Part shown: positions 20,527-31,531 of the stretch, one piece after another
How positions within the stretch are numbered: the first letter of the stretch is position 1
Layout of the letters: each line of letters begins with the position of its first letter
From: Desulfobacterales bacterium
Lineage (GTDB): Bacteria; Desulfobacterota; Desulfobacteria; Desulfobacterales; UBA5852
DNA length: 64,000 nucleotides
Assembly: GCA_963674755.2 (NCBI GenBank)
Contig: CAXXVS010000002.1
Coordinates: 224,001 to 288,000, forward strand
Reading direction: 5' to 3'
The notes under the pieces: generated by a model
What the model was told of the DNA's origin: nothing
What the model saw: only the letters and a program-made list of their open reading frames with translations
Database searches by the model: none
Translations under genes and position numbers: made by a program

Positions 20527-21291
20527 ATGACAGACCCCAGAACCGAAGTGCTATACGGCTTTCATCCGGTATGCGAGGCCTTGCGGGCCAGGCGGCGTGC
20601 CATTCACGCCCTGTTGATCCGTAAGGAGCGCCAGGATGCCCGCCTGCAATCACTTTGTGCCATGGCGGCGGAACAGGGGATCGCCATTCAAGGTGTGGAT
20701 GAAAGGCGTTTGACGGATATGGCCGGCCGGGGCGTTCACCAAGGCGTATGCGCCCAGGTGGGGCCTATGCCATACAGCGATCTGGCGGATGTCGTGGAAA
20801 GGACGGACGGCCTTACCGGCGCTCCCTTTGTGCTGCTGCTCGACTCCCTGCAGGATCCCCGCAATCTGGGGGCCGTCCTCCGGTCGGCCTATTGCGCCGG
20901 CGTGGACGGGGTGGTCATCCCCCGGGACCGTTCGGCGGCACCGAGTCCCCTGGTATCCAAGGCCTCGGCCGGCGCAATGGAACATCTGCCCATCGCCCGT
21001 GTTCCCAATATCGTCAATGCGTTGAAACACCTAAAGAAAAGGGGGCTGTGGGTGGCGGGGCTGGCAGGTGGCGCGGAACGATCCCTTTTTGACGCCGATC
21101 TGACGGTTCCCCTGGGAGTGGTTGTGGGGGGGGAGGAAAAGGGTCTGCGACCGCTGGTGAAACAGCATTGCGATTTCCTGGTAGCCATTCCCCATGCCCG
21201 TGAGTTTAATTCACTAAACGCCTCCGTGGCGGCAGGCGTGGCGATGTTTGAAACCTATCGCCAGCGGTCCCGAAGGCGTCCGACAGCCTAA
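20527..21291 (+). CDS. rlmB: 23S rRNA Gm2251 methyltransferase
   Basis: HQGV, QDPRNLGA.LRSA, KASAGA, GGEEKGL, SLNASVA. Confidence 0.92.
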   Translation: MTDPRTEVLYGFHPVCEALRARRRAIHALLIRKERQDARLQSLCAMAAEQGIAIQGVDERRLTDMAGRGVHQGVCAQVGPMPYSDLADVVERTDGLTGAPFVLLLDSLQDPRNLGAVLRSAYCAGVDGVVIPRDRSAAPSPLVSKASAGAMEHLPIARVPNIVNALKHLKKRGLWVAGLAGGAERSLFDADLTVPLGVVVGGEEKGLRPLVKQHCDFLVAIPHAREFNSLNASVAAGVAMFETYRQRSRRRPTA

Positions 21292-21313
21292 GGGACTTGA
21301 CACCTAGGAAGGC

Positions 21314-22270
21314 ATGGCGGACGCCATGCGGGGAGGCGCTGTTTTGCCGGGAACGGTTGACGATAGCCCAAGCCCCTCCAACCGCTGGATGGGAACATTC
21401 CACTATGTCGCAAGAGTGGTCACCGAGGCCATCTTTCCGCGCCAATGCCTGGCCTGCGGTGACCATTGGACCATGGCCGCGGATAGAGGCCCGGATTCGC
21501 GGGCCGATACACCGGAAGCGGTTCTGGCCGATGTGTTCCAGCAGGTCGCGCATCCCCATCTTTGCCCGGCGTGCATCCGCGCCTTCGAACCGATGACAGC
21601 ACCGCTTTGCACCTGCTGCGGGGTGATGTTTCCAAGCCGCATCGGCGAGAACCATCGCTGCGGGACATGTATCCGGCATCCGGTCGCCTACCGGCAGGCG
21701 CGCTCGGCCGGGGTTTATACCGGCGGACTGATGGCGCTGATCCACCACCTGAAATACCGCGCCTGTCTGGCCTTAAGGGATCCCCTGGCGCGGCTCCTGC
21801 AGGCGGTTTTCGCCCAACACTGGCCAGAGGGGGAGGTCGATATGGTGCTGCCGATCCCGCTGCATGCCCGTCGCTGGCGGGAACGGGGGTTCAACCAGGC
21901 GCAGATGCTGGTGGATGCCTGGGCGCCATCCGGGGGCGCGTTTAAACGCGACCGGCGGCCATTCCCCAGGGCGCGGCGGATCCTCGTCAGGTCTCAGCCG
22001 ACCTTGCCCCAGACCGGTTTGGGCAAACGGGACCGCCGCCAAAATATCCGGGGGGCTTTTGCCGTGATCGCCCCCCGGGCGGTAAAAGGTGCTCATATCC
22101 TTCTGGTGGACGATGTCTATACCACCGGTGCCACCGCCGACGAGGCGGCACGGGCCCTCATGCGAAGCGGGGCCGCCTGCGTGGACGTCCTCACCGTGGC
22201 ACGCACCATGCCCCGGAGCCGATCTCAGCAACCCCTTACAATGCTAACTGCCGGACCAGATCATGAATGA
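21314..22270 (+). CDS. comF: ComF family phosphoribosyltransferase-like protein
   Basis: Zn-ribbon CxxC motifs, PIPLH, RGFNQA, LVDDVYTTGAT; start uncertain. Confidence 0.88.
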   Translation: MADAMRGGAVLPGTVDDSPSPSNRWMGTFHYVARVVTEAIFPRQCLACGDHWTMAADRGPDSRADTPEAVLADVFQQVAHPHLCPACIRAFEPMTAPLCTCCGVMFPSRIGENHRCGTCIRHPVAYRQARSAGVYTGGLMALIHHLKYRACLALRDPLARLLQAVFAQHWPEGEVDMVLPIPLHARRWRERGFNQAQMLVDAWAPSGGAFKRDRRPFPRARRILVRSQPTLPQTGLGKRDRRQNIRGAFAVIAPRAVKGAHILLVDDVYTTGATADEAARALMRSGAACVDVLTVARTMPRSRSQQPLTMLTAGPDHE

Positions 22271-22757
22271 TGTCCACAAAAGAAACCATCTTGTATCATG
22301 GGAAGCGGCTGCGGCCCTGGTCAGGCAGGCCCGCCACGACGGCCAACGGATCGCCTTTACCAACGGCTGTTTCGACATCCTGCATGCCGGTCACGTTCGC
22401 TATCTGACGGCCGCCCGGGCCACGGCCGATATGCTGGTGGTGGGCTTGAATTCCGATGCCTCCGTGCGGATGATCAAGGGGCCCCGCCGCCCGCTCAATC
22501 CCGAAACCCTGCGGGCCGAAGTGCTGTCCGGCTTGCGCTGTGTGGATTGGGTGGTGCTTTTCCAAGAACCGGATCCCCTGGCGCTGATCACGACCCTGCA
22601 ACCGGACGTGCTGGTCAAGGGGGCGGATTGGGCGGAAGATCGCATCATCGGGGCCGACATCGTCAAACAGCGAGGTGGACGGGTGGAACGGATCGCGCTG
22701 GTTCCGGCCATTTCCACCTCGGCCCTGATCGATCGGATACGGGAGCGCTATTGCTGA
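22263..22757 (+). CDS. hldC: Heptose-1-phosphate adenylyltransferase
   Basis: FTNGCFDILHAGH, GLNSDASV, PDVLVKGADW, ISTS. Confidence 0.92.
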   Translation: MNDVHKRNHLVSWEAAAALVRQARHDGQRIAFTNGCFDILHAGHVRYLTAARATADMLVVGLNSDASVRMIKGPRRPLNPETLRAEVLSGLRCVDWVVLFQEPDPLALITTLQPDVLVKGADWAEDRIIGADIVKQRGGRVERIALVPAISTSALIDRIRERYC

Positions 22758-22818
22758 GACGGGTTGCACCGGACTTTCGGCCTAGTGGGGCCGCAACCGC
22801 AATCGCGCCAACGGATGT

Positions 22819-23631
22819 GTGAAAGGAAATCAGCTCGCCGTGCAAGTGGTTTGCAAAAATGGCCTGACCCTCCAGCATTTCCAGCATTTGTCGTCCTGCC
22901 CGGAGGTTTGCCACGGCATTACGACCCGCCGGGGCGGGACCAGTGCCCCGCCCTTCGACAGCCTCAATATGGCCTGCAGTGTGGGGGACGACACCGTGCA
23001 TGTGGCGGCCAATCGGCGGCGGCTGGGGGGGCGGTTTGATGGGATGGATCCCGTTTATCTGAAGCAGGTTCACGGCAACACCGTTGCGGTGCTGGACGGC
23101 GCAGTGGCGGGGGAAGTCTCTCACTTGCCAGGTGAGGCCGATGCCGTCGTGACCGATCGGCCGGGGTATCTCTTGACCATCCTGGTGGCCGACTGCCAGG
23201 CGGTCATGCTATACGATCCGGTGCGTTCGGTCATTGCCAATATCCATTCCGGGTGGCGGGGCAGCATCGCCAATATCATCGGCCGTACGGTGGCGGTGAT
23301 GAAGGAACGCTTCGCATGCCGGCCGGCCGACGTCCTGGCCGGCATCGGCCCTTCGCTGGGGCCCTGCTGTGCCGAATTTATCAACTTCCGCAGCGAGATT
23401 CCCGATTCGCTATGGTCTTATCGGGTATCGGAAAATCATTTCGATTTCTGGGCCCTGAGCCGCGACCAATTGATAGACGCCGGTCTCCGTCCGCCGCATA
23501 TCGAAGTTGGCGGTATCTGTACCCGCTGCCGGAGCGATCTCTTTTTTTCCTACCGCGCAGCGAAGGTCACCGGACGCATGGCGGCCGTCATCGGCCTGAC
23601 CTCATTATCCCGGGAGAGCCGCCGCCCATGA
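22819..23631 (+). CDS. pgeF: PgeF/YfiH family protein
   Basis: TTRRGG, QVHG, ADA, VADC, HSGWRG, GPSLGPCC, CT, FFSYR. Confidence 0.9.
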   Translation: MKGNQLAVQVVCKNGLTLQHFQHLSSCPEVCHGITTRRGGTSAPPFDSLNMACSVGDDTVHVAANRRRLGGRFDGMDPVYLKQVHGNTVAVLDGAVAGEVSHLPGEADAVVTDRPGYLLTILVADCQAVMLYDPVRSVIANIHSGWRGSIANIIGRTVAVMKERFACRPADVLAGIGPSLGPCCAEFINFRSEIPDSLWSYRVSENHFDFWALSRDQLIDAGLRPPHIEVGGICTRCRSDLFFSYRAAKVTGRMAAVIGLTSLSRESRRP

Positions 23632-23641
23632 GGTGCCCCAC

Positions 23642-24436
23642 ATGATTCAGGAAAAGGCCCGTATCCTGGCCAATGAGCCTGTTGCCCAGGCGTATCGCAC
23701 CATGCGGCTGGAATGCAGCGGTTCTTGGGGCGAGGCCCGCCCCGGGCAGTTTGTCATGCTTACCGGCGGTAGGGGGCCGACGCCCCTGCTGCGGCGCCCG
23801 TTTTCCATTTATCGCCTTCAGCCGGAGGGCCCGAAGCGTGCCATCGTGGAGATTCTCTATAAGATCGTCGGCGAAGGTACGGCCCTGATGGCCGGTATGC
23901 CGGTGGGCAAGACCGTGGACATGATCGGTCCTTTGGGGCAGGGGTTTGCCCTCCGAGACAGCTACCGGCGCATCTACCTGGCGGCCGGCGGTATCGGTGC
24001 CGCCCCCATGGTCTTTTTATTGGAGACCCTTCGTAGGAATGCTGCCAACGGCCACTATCAGGTTTTCCTGGGGGGACGATCCCGGGATGATCTCTTATGC
24101 CGCGAGACCTTTAAACACCTGGCCGACGCTTTGCATTGTACCACGGATGACGGCAGCGCGGGGGCCCAGTGCTTTCTTACCAGCCCGCTGGAGGAGGAGG
24201 CCCGTCGCCATCCGCCGGATGCCATCATGGCATGCGGCCCTATGGACATGCTGGCCTGTGTGGCCGGTATGGCCGAACGGCTGCATATCCCCTGCCAGCT
24301 CTCCATCGAATCGGTCATGGCCTGCGGAATGGGGGCCTGCCTGGGGTGCGCCGTTCCGGCTGCCGGTGACAGCGGGCGTTACTACCACGTTTGCAAGGAT
24401 GGCCCGGTTTTCGACGCCACTCTTTTGAAGCTCTGA
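23642..24436 (+). CDS. pyrK: Dihydroorotate dehydrogenase electron transfer subunit
   Basis: PGQF, LRRPFS, GPLG, GGIG, ACGP, MACGMGACLGC...VCKDGPVF. Confidence 0.88.
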   Translation: MIQEKARILANEPVAQAYRTMRLECSGSWGEARPGQFVMLTGGRGPTPLLRRPFSIYRLQPEGPKRAIVEILYKIVGEGTALMAGMPVGKTVDMIGPLGQGFALRDSYRRIYLAAGGIGAAPMVFLLETLRRNAANGHYQVFLGGRSRDDLLCRETFKHLADALHCTTDDGSAGAQCFLTSPLEEEARRHPPDAIMACGPMDMLACVAGMAERLHIPCQLSIESVMACGMGACLGCAVPAAGDSGRYYHVCKDGPVFDATLLKL

Positions 24437-24550
24437 GCCGAGTCGCAGAGGGGGGTTTTTCGTTGACTTCACCAGACGGCTATGTTAGATGCTCTTGACT
24501 CGAACGGGGTGGAAACTGCCCTGATTACAGTCGCAACCCCGATTGGTTCC

Positions 24551-24769
24551 ATGAAACGAGAAACCCGGCGGGCGATACGAGAACTCGCCTATTTCAGCAG
24601 TTTAGGTTTGCAGGTCGCCCTGTCGATTTTTATCGGCCTTTTTCTTGGAATCTACCTGGATCGCTGGCTGGACAGCGCCCCTTGGCTGACCCTGGCCGGT
24701 CTGGGAATGGGGATTTTCGCCGGCTACCGCAATATCGGGCTGGCGATCAAGAAAAGCCGCCGATTCTGA
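24551..24769 (+). CDS. AtpZ/AtpI family (ATPase gene 1) protein
   Basis: GIYLDRWL...PW...G..G pattern; first gene of Fo cluster. Confidence 0.85.
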   Translation: MKRETRRAIRELAYFSSLGLQVALSIFIGLFLGIYLDRWLDSAPWLTLAGLGMGIFAGYRNIGLAIKKSRRF

Positions 24770-24808
24770 ACGTCAACCCCGCGACGGACAAGGACGAACA
24801 GGACCAAC

Positions 24809-25195
24809 TTGGACATTCAGAAGCGCATACTGCGGTTTATCACCTACGCCAACTGGATCTTCTTTGGGGCGGCCTTCCTTGTAGGGTTGCTGGTCTTCCA
24901 GCGGGATTTTGCCTTGGGTGTCCTGGCTGGCGGTCTGATCGTCACGATCAATTTTCACCTGCTGGCGCGTACCCTGAAAAAATCCCTCACCCCGCAGCAT
25001 CTCGTCTCCCATAATGTGATTATCGCCAAATACTACGTCCGCTTCATTGCCAGCGGCGTCATCATATTCTTCCTGATCTCGGGCCACTACGTCGATCCGC
25101 GGGGGTTGTTCGTCGGATTGTCGGTGGTAGTGGCCAGTATCGTCGTCGCAACCGTGCGCGAGTTGAAAAATCTCATTTTCAAGGAGGCGTTTTAA
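24809..25195 (+). CDS. atpI: ATP synthase protein I
   Basis: Four hydrophobic segments, INF, VRF, GLSVVV; upstream of atpB. Confidence 0.8.
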   Translation: MDIQKRILRFITYANWIFFGAAFLVGLLVFQRDFALGVLAGGLIVTINFHLLARTLKKSLTPQHLVSHNVIIAKYYVRFIASGVIIFFLISGHYVDPRGLFVGLSVVVASIVVATVRELKNLIFKEAF

Positions 25196-25197
25196 GG

Positions 25198-25893
25198 ATG
25201 GAACACCCGTGGCTGTTTCTAGTCAAATTTTGCGAGATGCTTGGTCCGGGCCCGGCCCACTTTGCCCATGAATATCCTCACGTCCTTTACGCCTGGCTGG
25301 TAATGCTGATCCTGATCGGGATCGGCATCCTCGGCGCCAAGAGCATCAAGATGATTCCGGGTAAAGCTCAGAATTTTTTCGAAGTGGTGATTACCGGCAT
25401 CGAAGATTTCATGGTCGATGTGGCCGGCGAGGAAAGCCGCTGGCTGTTCCCGCTGGTGGCGACGGTTTTCATCTATATTTTCATCGGCAACTTGATCGGT
25501 CTGGTACCGACCTGCTTTCCGCCTACGGCCGACCTCAATACGACTTTGGGATGTGCCCTGGTGGTGGTCATCTTCACCCATATCATCGGCGTCAAATATC
25601 ATGGCGCCGGCTATATCAAACATTTTCTGGGGCCGGTCTGGTGGATGGTCCCGATTATTTTCCCCATCGAACTGATCGGACATGCCGCCCGGATCCTCTC
25701 TCTGTCGTTTCGTCTCTTCGGCAATATGATGGGGCACGAACTGGTGTTGGCGATTCTTTTCGGTCTGGCCGGTGCTTTTTTTGCGCCTTTGCCGATCATG
25801 GCCCTGGGGGTTTTTGTGGCCCTGGTGCAGGCCTTCGTATTTTTCCTGCTTTCCATCATGTATTTTGCCGGTGCCATGGAACACGCCCATTGA
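25198..25893 (+). CDS. atpB: ATP synthase Fo subunit a
   Basis: NLIGLVP, PPTA, SLSFRLFGNM, QAFVF. Confidence 0.95.
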   Translation: MEHPWLFLVKFCEMLGPGPAHFAHEYPHVLYAWLVMLILIGIGILGAKSIKMIPGKAQNFFEVVITGIEDFMVDVAGEESRWLFPLVATVFIYIFIGNLIGLVPTCFPPTADLNTTLGCALVVVIFTHIIGVKYHGAGYIKHFLGPVWWMVPIIFPIELIGHAARILSLSFRLFGNMMGHELVLAILFGLAGAFFAPLPIMALGVFVALVQAFVFFLLSIMYFAGAMEHAH

Positions 25894-26003
25894 TGGGGGC
25901 ACTTCTATCGTGCCGGACAAAAGAATTCTAAGCTTGTTTATGCCTTTAATGGGGGCATTGGAAGAAGCCTAAATTAACTTTTTAACAAGGAGGAAGTGTA
26001 AGT

Positions 26004-26282
26004 ATGGAAGCTGAAGCTCTAAAATTCTTTATCGCTTGTGTAACGGCAGCTGGATTCGGAATCGCCATCGCCGCTTTCGGTTGCGGCATCGGTCAGGGCA
26101 TGGGCCTCAAAGCGGCCGTGGAAGGCATTGCCCGTAACCCTGAGTCTTCCGGTAAAGTTACCGTTACGATGCTGATCGGCTTGGCCATGATCGAGTCCCT
26201 TTGTATCTACGCCCTGGTTATCGCGCTGATCCTGATCTACGCGACACCGATGGCGGGCATCGTGGAAGGCCTGCTGAAGTAA
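26004..26282 (+). CDS. atpE: ATP synthase Fo subunit c
   Basis: GIGQG, ARNPE, IESLCIY; RBS AAGGAGG. Confidence 0.95.
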   Translation: MEAEALKFFIACVTAAGFGIAIAAFGCGIGQGMGLKAAVEGIARNPESSGKVTVTMLIGLAMIESLCIYALVIALILIYATPMAGIVEGLLK

Positions 26283-26305
26283 GCATAAGTACACTCCTGT
26301 TGAAT

Positions 26306-26339
26306 AAAAAAGCCCGGCCATTACGGCCGGGTTTTTTTT
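26306..26339. terminator. Bidirectional intrinsic terminator between atpE and uvrA
   Basis: AAAAAAGCCCGGCC-ATTAC-GGCCGGGTTTTTTTT. Confidence 0.85.
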
Positions 26340-26352
26340 ATGGCGCAGGCCG

Positions 26353-29193
26353 TCAAATGGATGCGGTTTTTAATGTACCGGCCGCCAAGACCGGCCGCAG
26401 AAAGCGCCCCGTGTGGGAGGCCGGCAAGCGGCTGATGTCCTCCGGTGTGCCGCAGCCCAGCAGCAATCCGCCCTCACTGCCCCCTTCGGGACCTAGATCG
26501 ATGATATAATCCGCTGTTTTGACCAGATCCATATTGTGCTCGATAACGATCACGGTATTGCCGGCGTCCACCAGGCGATGCAATACCTCCAGCAATTTGC
26601 GGATATCCTCAAAGTGCAGGCCGGTTGTCGGTTCATCCAGGATATACAGGGTACGGCCGGTATCCTTGCGACTGAGTTCCTTGGCCAGCTTGACCCGTTG
26701 CGCCTCGCCGCCGGAAAGGGTGGTCGCCGACTGCCCTAAGCGGACATAGCCTAAACCGACATCGATCAAGGTTTCGAGCTTGTCCCGAATGTTCCCCATG
26801 CGGTCGAAAAAGCGATAGGCCTGGCGAACCGTCATGTCGAGGATGTCGATGATGGAATGGCCGCGGTATTTGATCTCAAGGGTTTCCCGGTTATAGCGTC
26901 GGCCCTGGCAGGCATCGCAGGTGACGTAGATATCCGGTAGAAAGTGCATCTCGATTTTAATGATGCCGTCCCCGCGGCAGGCTTCGCAACGGCCGCCCTT
27001 GATATTGAAGCTGAAGCGGCCCGGTTTGTACCCCCGCGCTCTGGCTTCCGGGGTGAGGGCGAACAGGTCACGAATCGGTGTCAATAAGCCGGTGTAGGTG
27101 GCCGGGTTGGAGCGCGGCGTTTTGCCGATGGGGGATTGATCGATATGAATGATTTTGTCCAGGTGGGAGGCGCCTTCGAGTTGCCGGTATTGCCCTGCAA
27201 CGATGCCGGTGCGATGCAGTTTCTGCAGCAGGGCCGGATAGAGGGTCTCCAAAATCAAGGTGGATTTGCCGGAGCCGGAAACACCGGTCACGCAGATGAA
27301 ACAGCCCAGCGGGAATTCCACATCGATGGTCTGCAGGTTGTTGTGGGAGGCCCCTGTGAGGCGCAGCAGCTGGCCGCTGCCGGCGCGGCGTGCGATCGGC
27401 ATGGGGATCTGCCGGCGTCCGGATAAATAATCGCCGGTCAGCGAATTGGCGGCCTCCATGAGGTGCTCGGGGGGGCCGCTGTAGACCACTTCCCCTCCCT
27501 GGGTGCCGGCTCCCGGTCCCATGTCGACAACATGGTCGGCCTGTCGAATGGCGTCCGCGTCATGCTCCACCACCAGGACCGTATTGTCCATATCCCGCAT
27601 GGCTTTAAGGGAGGTCAGCAGCCGCTGGTTGTCCCGGGGGTGGAGGCCGATGCTGGGCTCGTCCAGGACATAGAGGACGCCGGTCAGTTTGGCGCCGATC
27701 TGGGTGGCGAGACGAATGCGCTGGCTCTCGCCCCCGGAGAGGGTCATGGCCCGGCGGTCAAGGGTCAGGTAAGGCAGACCCACATCCACAATGAATTGCA
27801 AGCGGTTTTTTATCTCATGAAGAATCTTGGCGGCGATGACCTGGGCCTGGCCGGCCAATGACAGGCCCTCCACCCAGGTTAACGCGGCCGCAGCGTTCAG
27901 CGCCGAAAAGGCGGCGATGGTCAGGTCCCCCACACGTGCGGCACTGGCGTGGGGGTTTAAGCGCGTGCCGCGGCAGGTTTGGCAGATCTGGGTGCACATG
28001 TAGCGCCGCATTTCCTCCCGGGACGCACTCGAGCCGGATTCGCGATAGCGACGGGTGAGATGGGGAATGAGGCCCTCGAAGGTCTTGCGATAGGTGTGGC
28101 GTCGATCTTTTTCGAAAAAAAAGGGAATTTCCTCCTTACCGGAACCGTGCAGCAAGACCGTCTGCAGCGTTTCGGGGAGTTGGTTGTAAGGCGTATAGAT
28201 ATCGCTGCCATAGTGGGCGGTGAGGGCTTGCAGAAACTCGCTGAAATGCACGGAATGCCGATGGGCCCAGGGGGCGATGGCACCCTCCCGCAGGGAGAGG
28301 GATGGGTCAGGCACGATCCGCGCGGGATCAAAGGCCGTCGTCGTCCCCAGACCGTCGCAGGCGCGGCAAGCCCCCTGGGGCGAATTAAAAGAAAAGCTGG
28401 CCGGGGTGAACACGGGATGCCCGGTATGGCAGACCGGACACAAGGCCTGCTCGCTGAAATAGTGCCCGGCGCCCTCCAGTTCCTCCACCAAGACGCGGCC
28501 TTCGGAAAGGGCGGCGGCCAGCTCCAATGAATCCGCCAGACGATTGCGGATGGTGGGCTTGATAATGAGGCGGTCCACCACCACTTCAATGGCCTGTTCG
28601 GCCCCCTTGCGGTGCGGCTTGACCGTGTCGATTTCATGGATGACCCCGTCCAGACGAATGCGGGCGAAGCCCTCCCGCTGCAGTTTCCGCAGCCGTTCCT
28701 TGAGGGGCGTGGCCGCAGGTTGCGCCAGGGGCGCAAAGATGATGATCTTGGTGCCTTCGGAAAGGGCCATGAGGTGATCGATAAACTGATCGAGGGTTTG
28801 GGATTGGATGGGGTGGCCGCACCGGTGGCAGTAGGGTTGCCCCACGCGGGCATACAAGAGGCGCAGGAAATCGTAGATTTCCGTGATCGTACCGACGGTG
28901 GAACGGGGGTTGTGAATGCCGGTTTGCTGCTCGATGGCGATGGCCGGTGACAGCCCGTCGATGCGCTCGACATCGGGTTTTTCCATGCGTTCCAGAAATT
29001 GGCGAGCATAGGTCGAGAGGGACTCGACGTAGCGGCGCTGGCCCTCGGCATAGAGCGTGTCAAAGGCCAGCGTGGATTTCCCTGATCCGGAAAGACCGGT
29101 CACCACGATGAAACAGTTGCGGGGCAGGTCCAGATCGATGTTTTTGAGGTTGTGGTGTCGGGCCCCTCTGATTTTAATATAGGGTGATGTCAT
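26353..29193 (-). CDS. uvrA: Excinuclease ABC subunit A
   Basis: Two ABC domains ([21 protein letters not shown]), Zn fingers, [13 protein letters not shown]. Confidence 0.97.
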   Translation of the reverse strand: MTSPYIKIRGARHHNLKNIDLDLPRNCFIVVTGLSGSGKSTLAFDTLYAEGQRRYVESLSTYARQFLERMEKPDVERIDGLSPAIAIEQQTGIHNPRSTVGTITEIYDFLRLLYARVGQPYCHRCGHPIQSQTLDQFIDHLMALSEGTKIIIFAPLAQPAATPLKERLRKLQREGFARIRLDGVIHEIDTVKPHRKGAEQAIEVVVDRLIIKPTIRNRLADSLELAAALSEGRVLVEELEGAGHYFSEQALCPVCHTGHPVFTPASFSFNSPQGACRACDGLGTTTAFDPARIVPDPSLSLREGAIAPWAHRHSVHFSEFLQALTAHYGSDIYTPYNQLPETLQTVLLHGSGKEEIPFFFEKDRRHTYRKTFEGLIPHLTRRYRESGSSASREEMRRYMCTQICQTCRGTRLNPHASAARVGDLTIAAFSALNAAAALTWVEGLSLAGQAQVIAAKILHEIKNRLQFIVDVGLPYLTLDRRAMTLSGGESQRIRLATQIGAKLTGVLYVLDEPSIGLHPRDNQRLLTSLKAMRDMDNTVLVVEHDADAIRQADHVVDMGPGAGTQGGEVVYSGPPEHLMEAANSLTGDYLSGRRQIPMPIARRAGSGQLLRLTGASHNNLQTIDVEFPLGCFICVTGVSGSGKSTLILETLYPALLQKLHRTGIVAGQYRQLEGASHLDKIIHIDQSPIGKTPRSNPATYTGLLTPIRDLFALTPEARARGYKPGRFSFNIKGGRCEACRGDGIIKIEMHFLPDIYVTCDACQGRRYNRETLEIKYRGHSIIDILDMTVRQAYRFFDRMGNIRDKLETLIDVGLGYVRLGQSATTLSGGEAQRVKLAKELSRKDTGRTLYILDEPTTGLHFEDIRKLLEVLHRLVDAGNTVIVIEHNMDLVKTADYIIDLGPEGGSEGGLLLGCGTPEDISRLPASHTGRFLRPVLAAGTLKTASI

Positions 29194-29339
29194 GGCTGCA
29201 TCGATCTTTCCAAACGTGCGTCAGGTATTCAGGCATTGCAGAAACACCTGCACGCGCGTTGGTGTAGTCTCGCAGATGGTTGGGAAGTACCGGCCTAAGT
29301 GGTCCCAATATCGGCCGGTGACCATCACGAAGCGTGATT

Positions 29340-29820
29340 GAAACATAAAATTATAGAGATCCGTTTTCGAGATATCAAATAAAAAGAATCCCGCTTGAGT
29401 GAACCGCTTTCATTTATTAGAAATTTATTTGATTGTGGTTAAAATAGACAAAAAACATAGAAAATCATAGCTAAAACAAGAAACCGAAAATGTTGATAAC
29501 TGGCCGGCCCCACCGGATACCCTTAGAATTCCTACGAAAAAGACCAGCGTAAAAAATGACCGTATTTAAGGATAGTTGGAACTTTATAAATGAATAAAAA
29601 TAAAAATTACGATAGGTTATATAGTGTTGAAAACAATTGGCCGAATCATGAAAAACCTCATGGGATTCGGTTTGACATGGATTGGCCATTCCCATAAAGA
29701 GAGGCCTGTTTTTCTCACAGGACTTTCTGATAATCTAATCTAAATATCCAAAACCGCTGTTTAATTGTCCCAAAACATTAGGAGTGTATTAGTAACCTCC
29801 TGATTTCACGGTCGGTGTGT
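29340..29820. promoter_or_regulatory. AT-rich uvrA/dnaA divergent region with DnaA-box-like 9-mers
   Basis: TGTGGTTAA (29434), TGTTGATAA (29491), TGTTGAAAA (29625) versus consensus TGTGGATAA. Confidence 0.45.
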
Positions 29821-29827
29821 CTGACGT

Positions 29828-31192
29828 ATGAGGATAAATCGCGAAGGTCAAATGCCGTTAATCTGGAAGCAGGTCAAGACGACCATCCAAAACCAAATTC
29901 CTGCCCATTGCTACCGCATGTGGATTGATCCCCTTTCGCTGGAAGAAACGGATGAGGGCGACTTGGTGCTCGTCTGCCCGAATGCGTTCTCCTGTCGCCG
30001 GGTTCAGGAAAACTACGGTGATCTCATTCGCCAGGCGATGCTCACGTATGGGGGCCAGCCGTGTCGGATTGTGGCGCGCAACGGCCATAAGCCGGTTACC
30101 GAAGCTTCCCCGGCCTCCGGCCACGAGCAATTGACCTTTCAGGATATAGCCCCCAAACCGGCTGCCGGTCGGTTTTTGCACAAGGATTTTACCTTCGACC
30201 AGTTCGTTGTGGGCCGCAACAACGATTTTGCTTATTCGGCCTCCCTTGCCATGGCTTCCCGCCGTAAATCGGACCAAAGTTGTCTTTATCTGCTTTCCAA
30301 GACCGGATTGGGCAAAAGTCATTTATCCCAGGCCATCGGTCATCATATTATCGCCGAATATCCGGAGGAACGGGTCTATTACGTTACGGCCGAGGATTTC
30401 AGCAACGAAATGGTGCAGTCGTTTCGCAACGACAGTTTCGAGCAATTCAAAGGCAAATACCGCAAACAATGCGATGTGCTGTTGCTGGAGGATGTCCATT
30501 GTCTGGGGGGCAAGGACCGCACGCAGCTGGAACTGGCCTCGACCCTCGATTCGCTTTTTGAGGCGGGTAAGAAAATCATTTTTTCAAGCTGCTACAGACC
30601 CGCCGAGATTCCCCGTCTGAACGACAAGCTGCGGTCGCGTTTTTCCTATGGCCTGGTTTCGGTCATCGACCCGCCGGATTTCAAAACGCGGGTGCGCATT
30701 CTGAAAAAAAAGGCCAAAGCCAAAAATATCATCGTTCCACGTGATGTAACGCAATATCTGGCCGGCGAACTAACAGAGGATATCCGGCAGCTGGAAAGCG
30801 GCATCATGCAGGTGGCGGCCAAATCATCGCTACTGGGAATGCCCATCGACAAAATGTTGGCCGAGAGCATCGTTCGCAACATCATCCGGTCGCGCAAAGA
30901 GATTACGGTGGATGTCATCAAAAAAATCGTCTGCCACCACTACAATGTAACCCCCAAAGATTTGACGTCCCGCTCGCGCAAACAGGCCGTCGTTCGGCCT
31001 CGACAGATGGCCATATTCCTTACCCGGCGTTACACGGACGCCCCCCTGCAGGCCATCGGCAAGGCGTTCAACCGCTACCATGCCACCGCCCTGCACTCCA
31101 TCAATGCCATTGAAAATGGAGCCCGCAAGAGCGCCTCGCTGCGCAAACAGGTGGAATACCTTTCCAATAAACTGGATCGCGGGGACTTTTAG
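29828..31192 (+). CDS. dnaA: Replication initiator DnaA (possibly a paralog; not linked to dnaN)
   Basis: FTFDQFVVG..N, GLGKSHL, LLEDV, LRSRF..GL, IRQLES, domain IV PRQMA...IG..F.R.H. Confidence 0.9.
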   Translation: MRINREGQMPLIWKQVKTTIQNQIPAHCYRMWIDPLSLEETDEGDLVLVCPNAFSCRRVQENYGDLIRQAMLTYGGQPCRIVARNGHKPVTEASPASGHEQLTFQDIAPKPAAGRFLHKDFTFDQFVVGRNNDFAYSASLAMASRRKSDQSCLYLLSKTGLGKSHLSQAIGHHIIAEYPEERVYYVTAEDFSNEMVQSFRNDSFEQFKGKYRKQCDVLLLEDVHCLGGKDRTQLELASTLDSLFEAGKKIIFSSCYRPAEIPRLNDKLRSRFSYGLVSVIDPPDFKTRVRILKKKAKAKNIIVPRDVTQYLAGELTEDIRQLESGIMQVAAKSSLLGMPIDKMLAESIVRNIIRSRKEITVDVIKKIVCHHYNVTPKDLTSRSRKQAVVRPRQMAIFLTRRYTDAPLQAIGKAFNRYHATALHSINAIENGARKSASLRKQVEYLSNKLDRGDF

Positions 31193-31333
31193 GGCGGCCG
31201 GAGCCGCGGGAGGGGGCGAGAGCCGCGGCCGATTCACCGGATAAAAGGAAAGGTGCAACGATCCGCGGCGTTTCTAAAAAAGCCCTGGGGCAAGTCTGCC
31301 GTTGGAATCCCTTGGGGCAAACGCCCCCTTGCT

Positions 31334-31531
31334 TTACTGCATTTTCAGGATATAGCCGCTGGGGGAAATGAGGTCCTCCAGTAATTCCATCTGGTCGTGG
31401 TGGTCCTTTTCGATGGCGCAACGGAGGCTCAGCGCACATTGGTTCTGGCAGATGGTGTCTTCCACCGAAAAGCTGCCGTAACATCCCAGATACTGATCCA
31501 GTTCCCTGCCATCTTGTTCCGCGTTTTTCAT
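31334..31531 (-). CDS. Small Cys-rich hypothetical protein
   Basis: ATGA overlap with suhB stop; GCYG...C...CA...RC pattern. Confidence 0.6.
   Translation of the reverse strand: MKNAEQDGRELDQYLGCYGSFSVEDTICQNQCALSLRCAIEKDHHDQMELLEDLISPSGYILKMQ

Noticed and set aside
24551..26282. Fo genes without atpF and F1 genes as a novelty
   Set aside because: Split atp operons are common in deltaproteobacteria.
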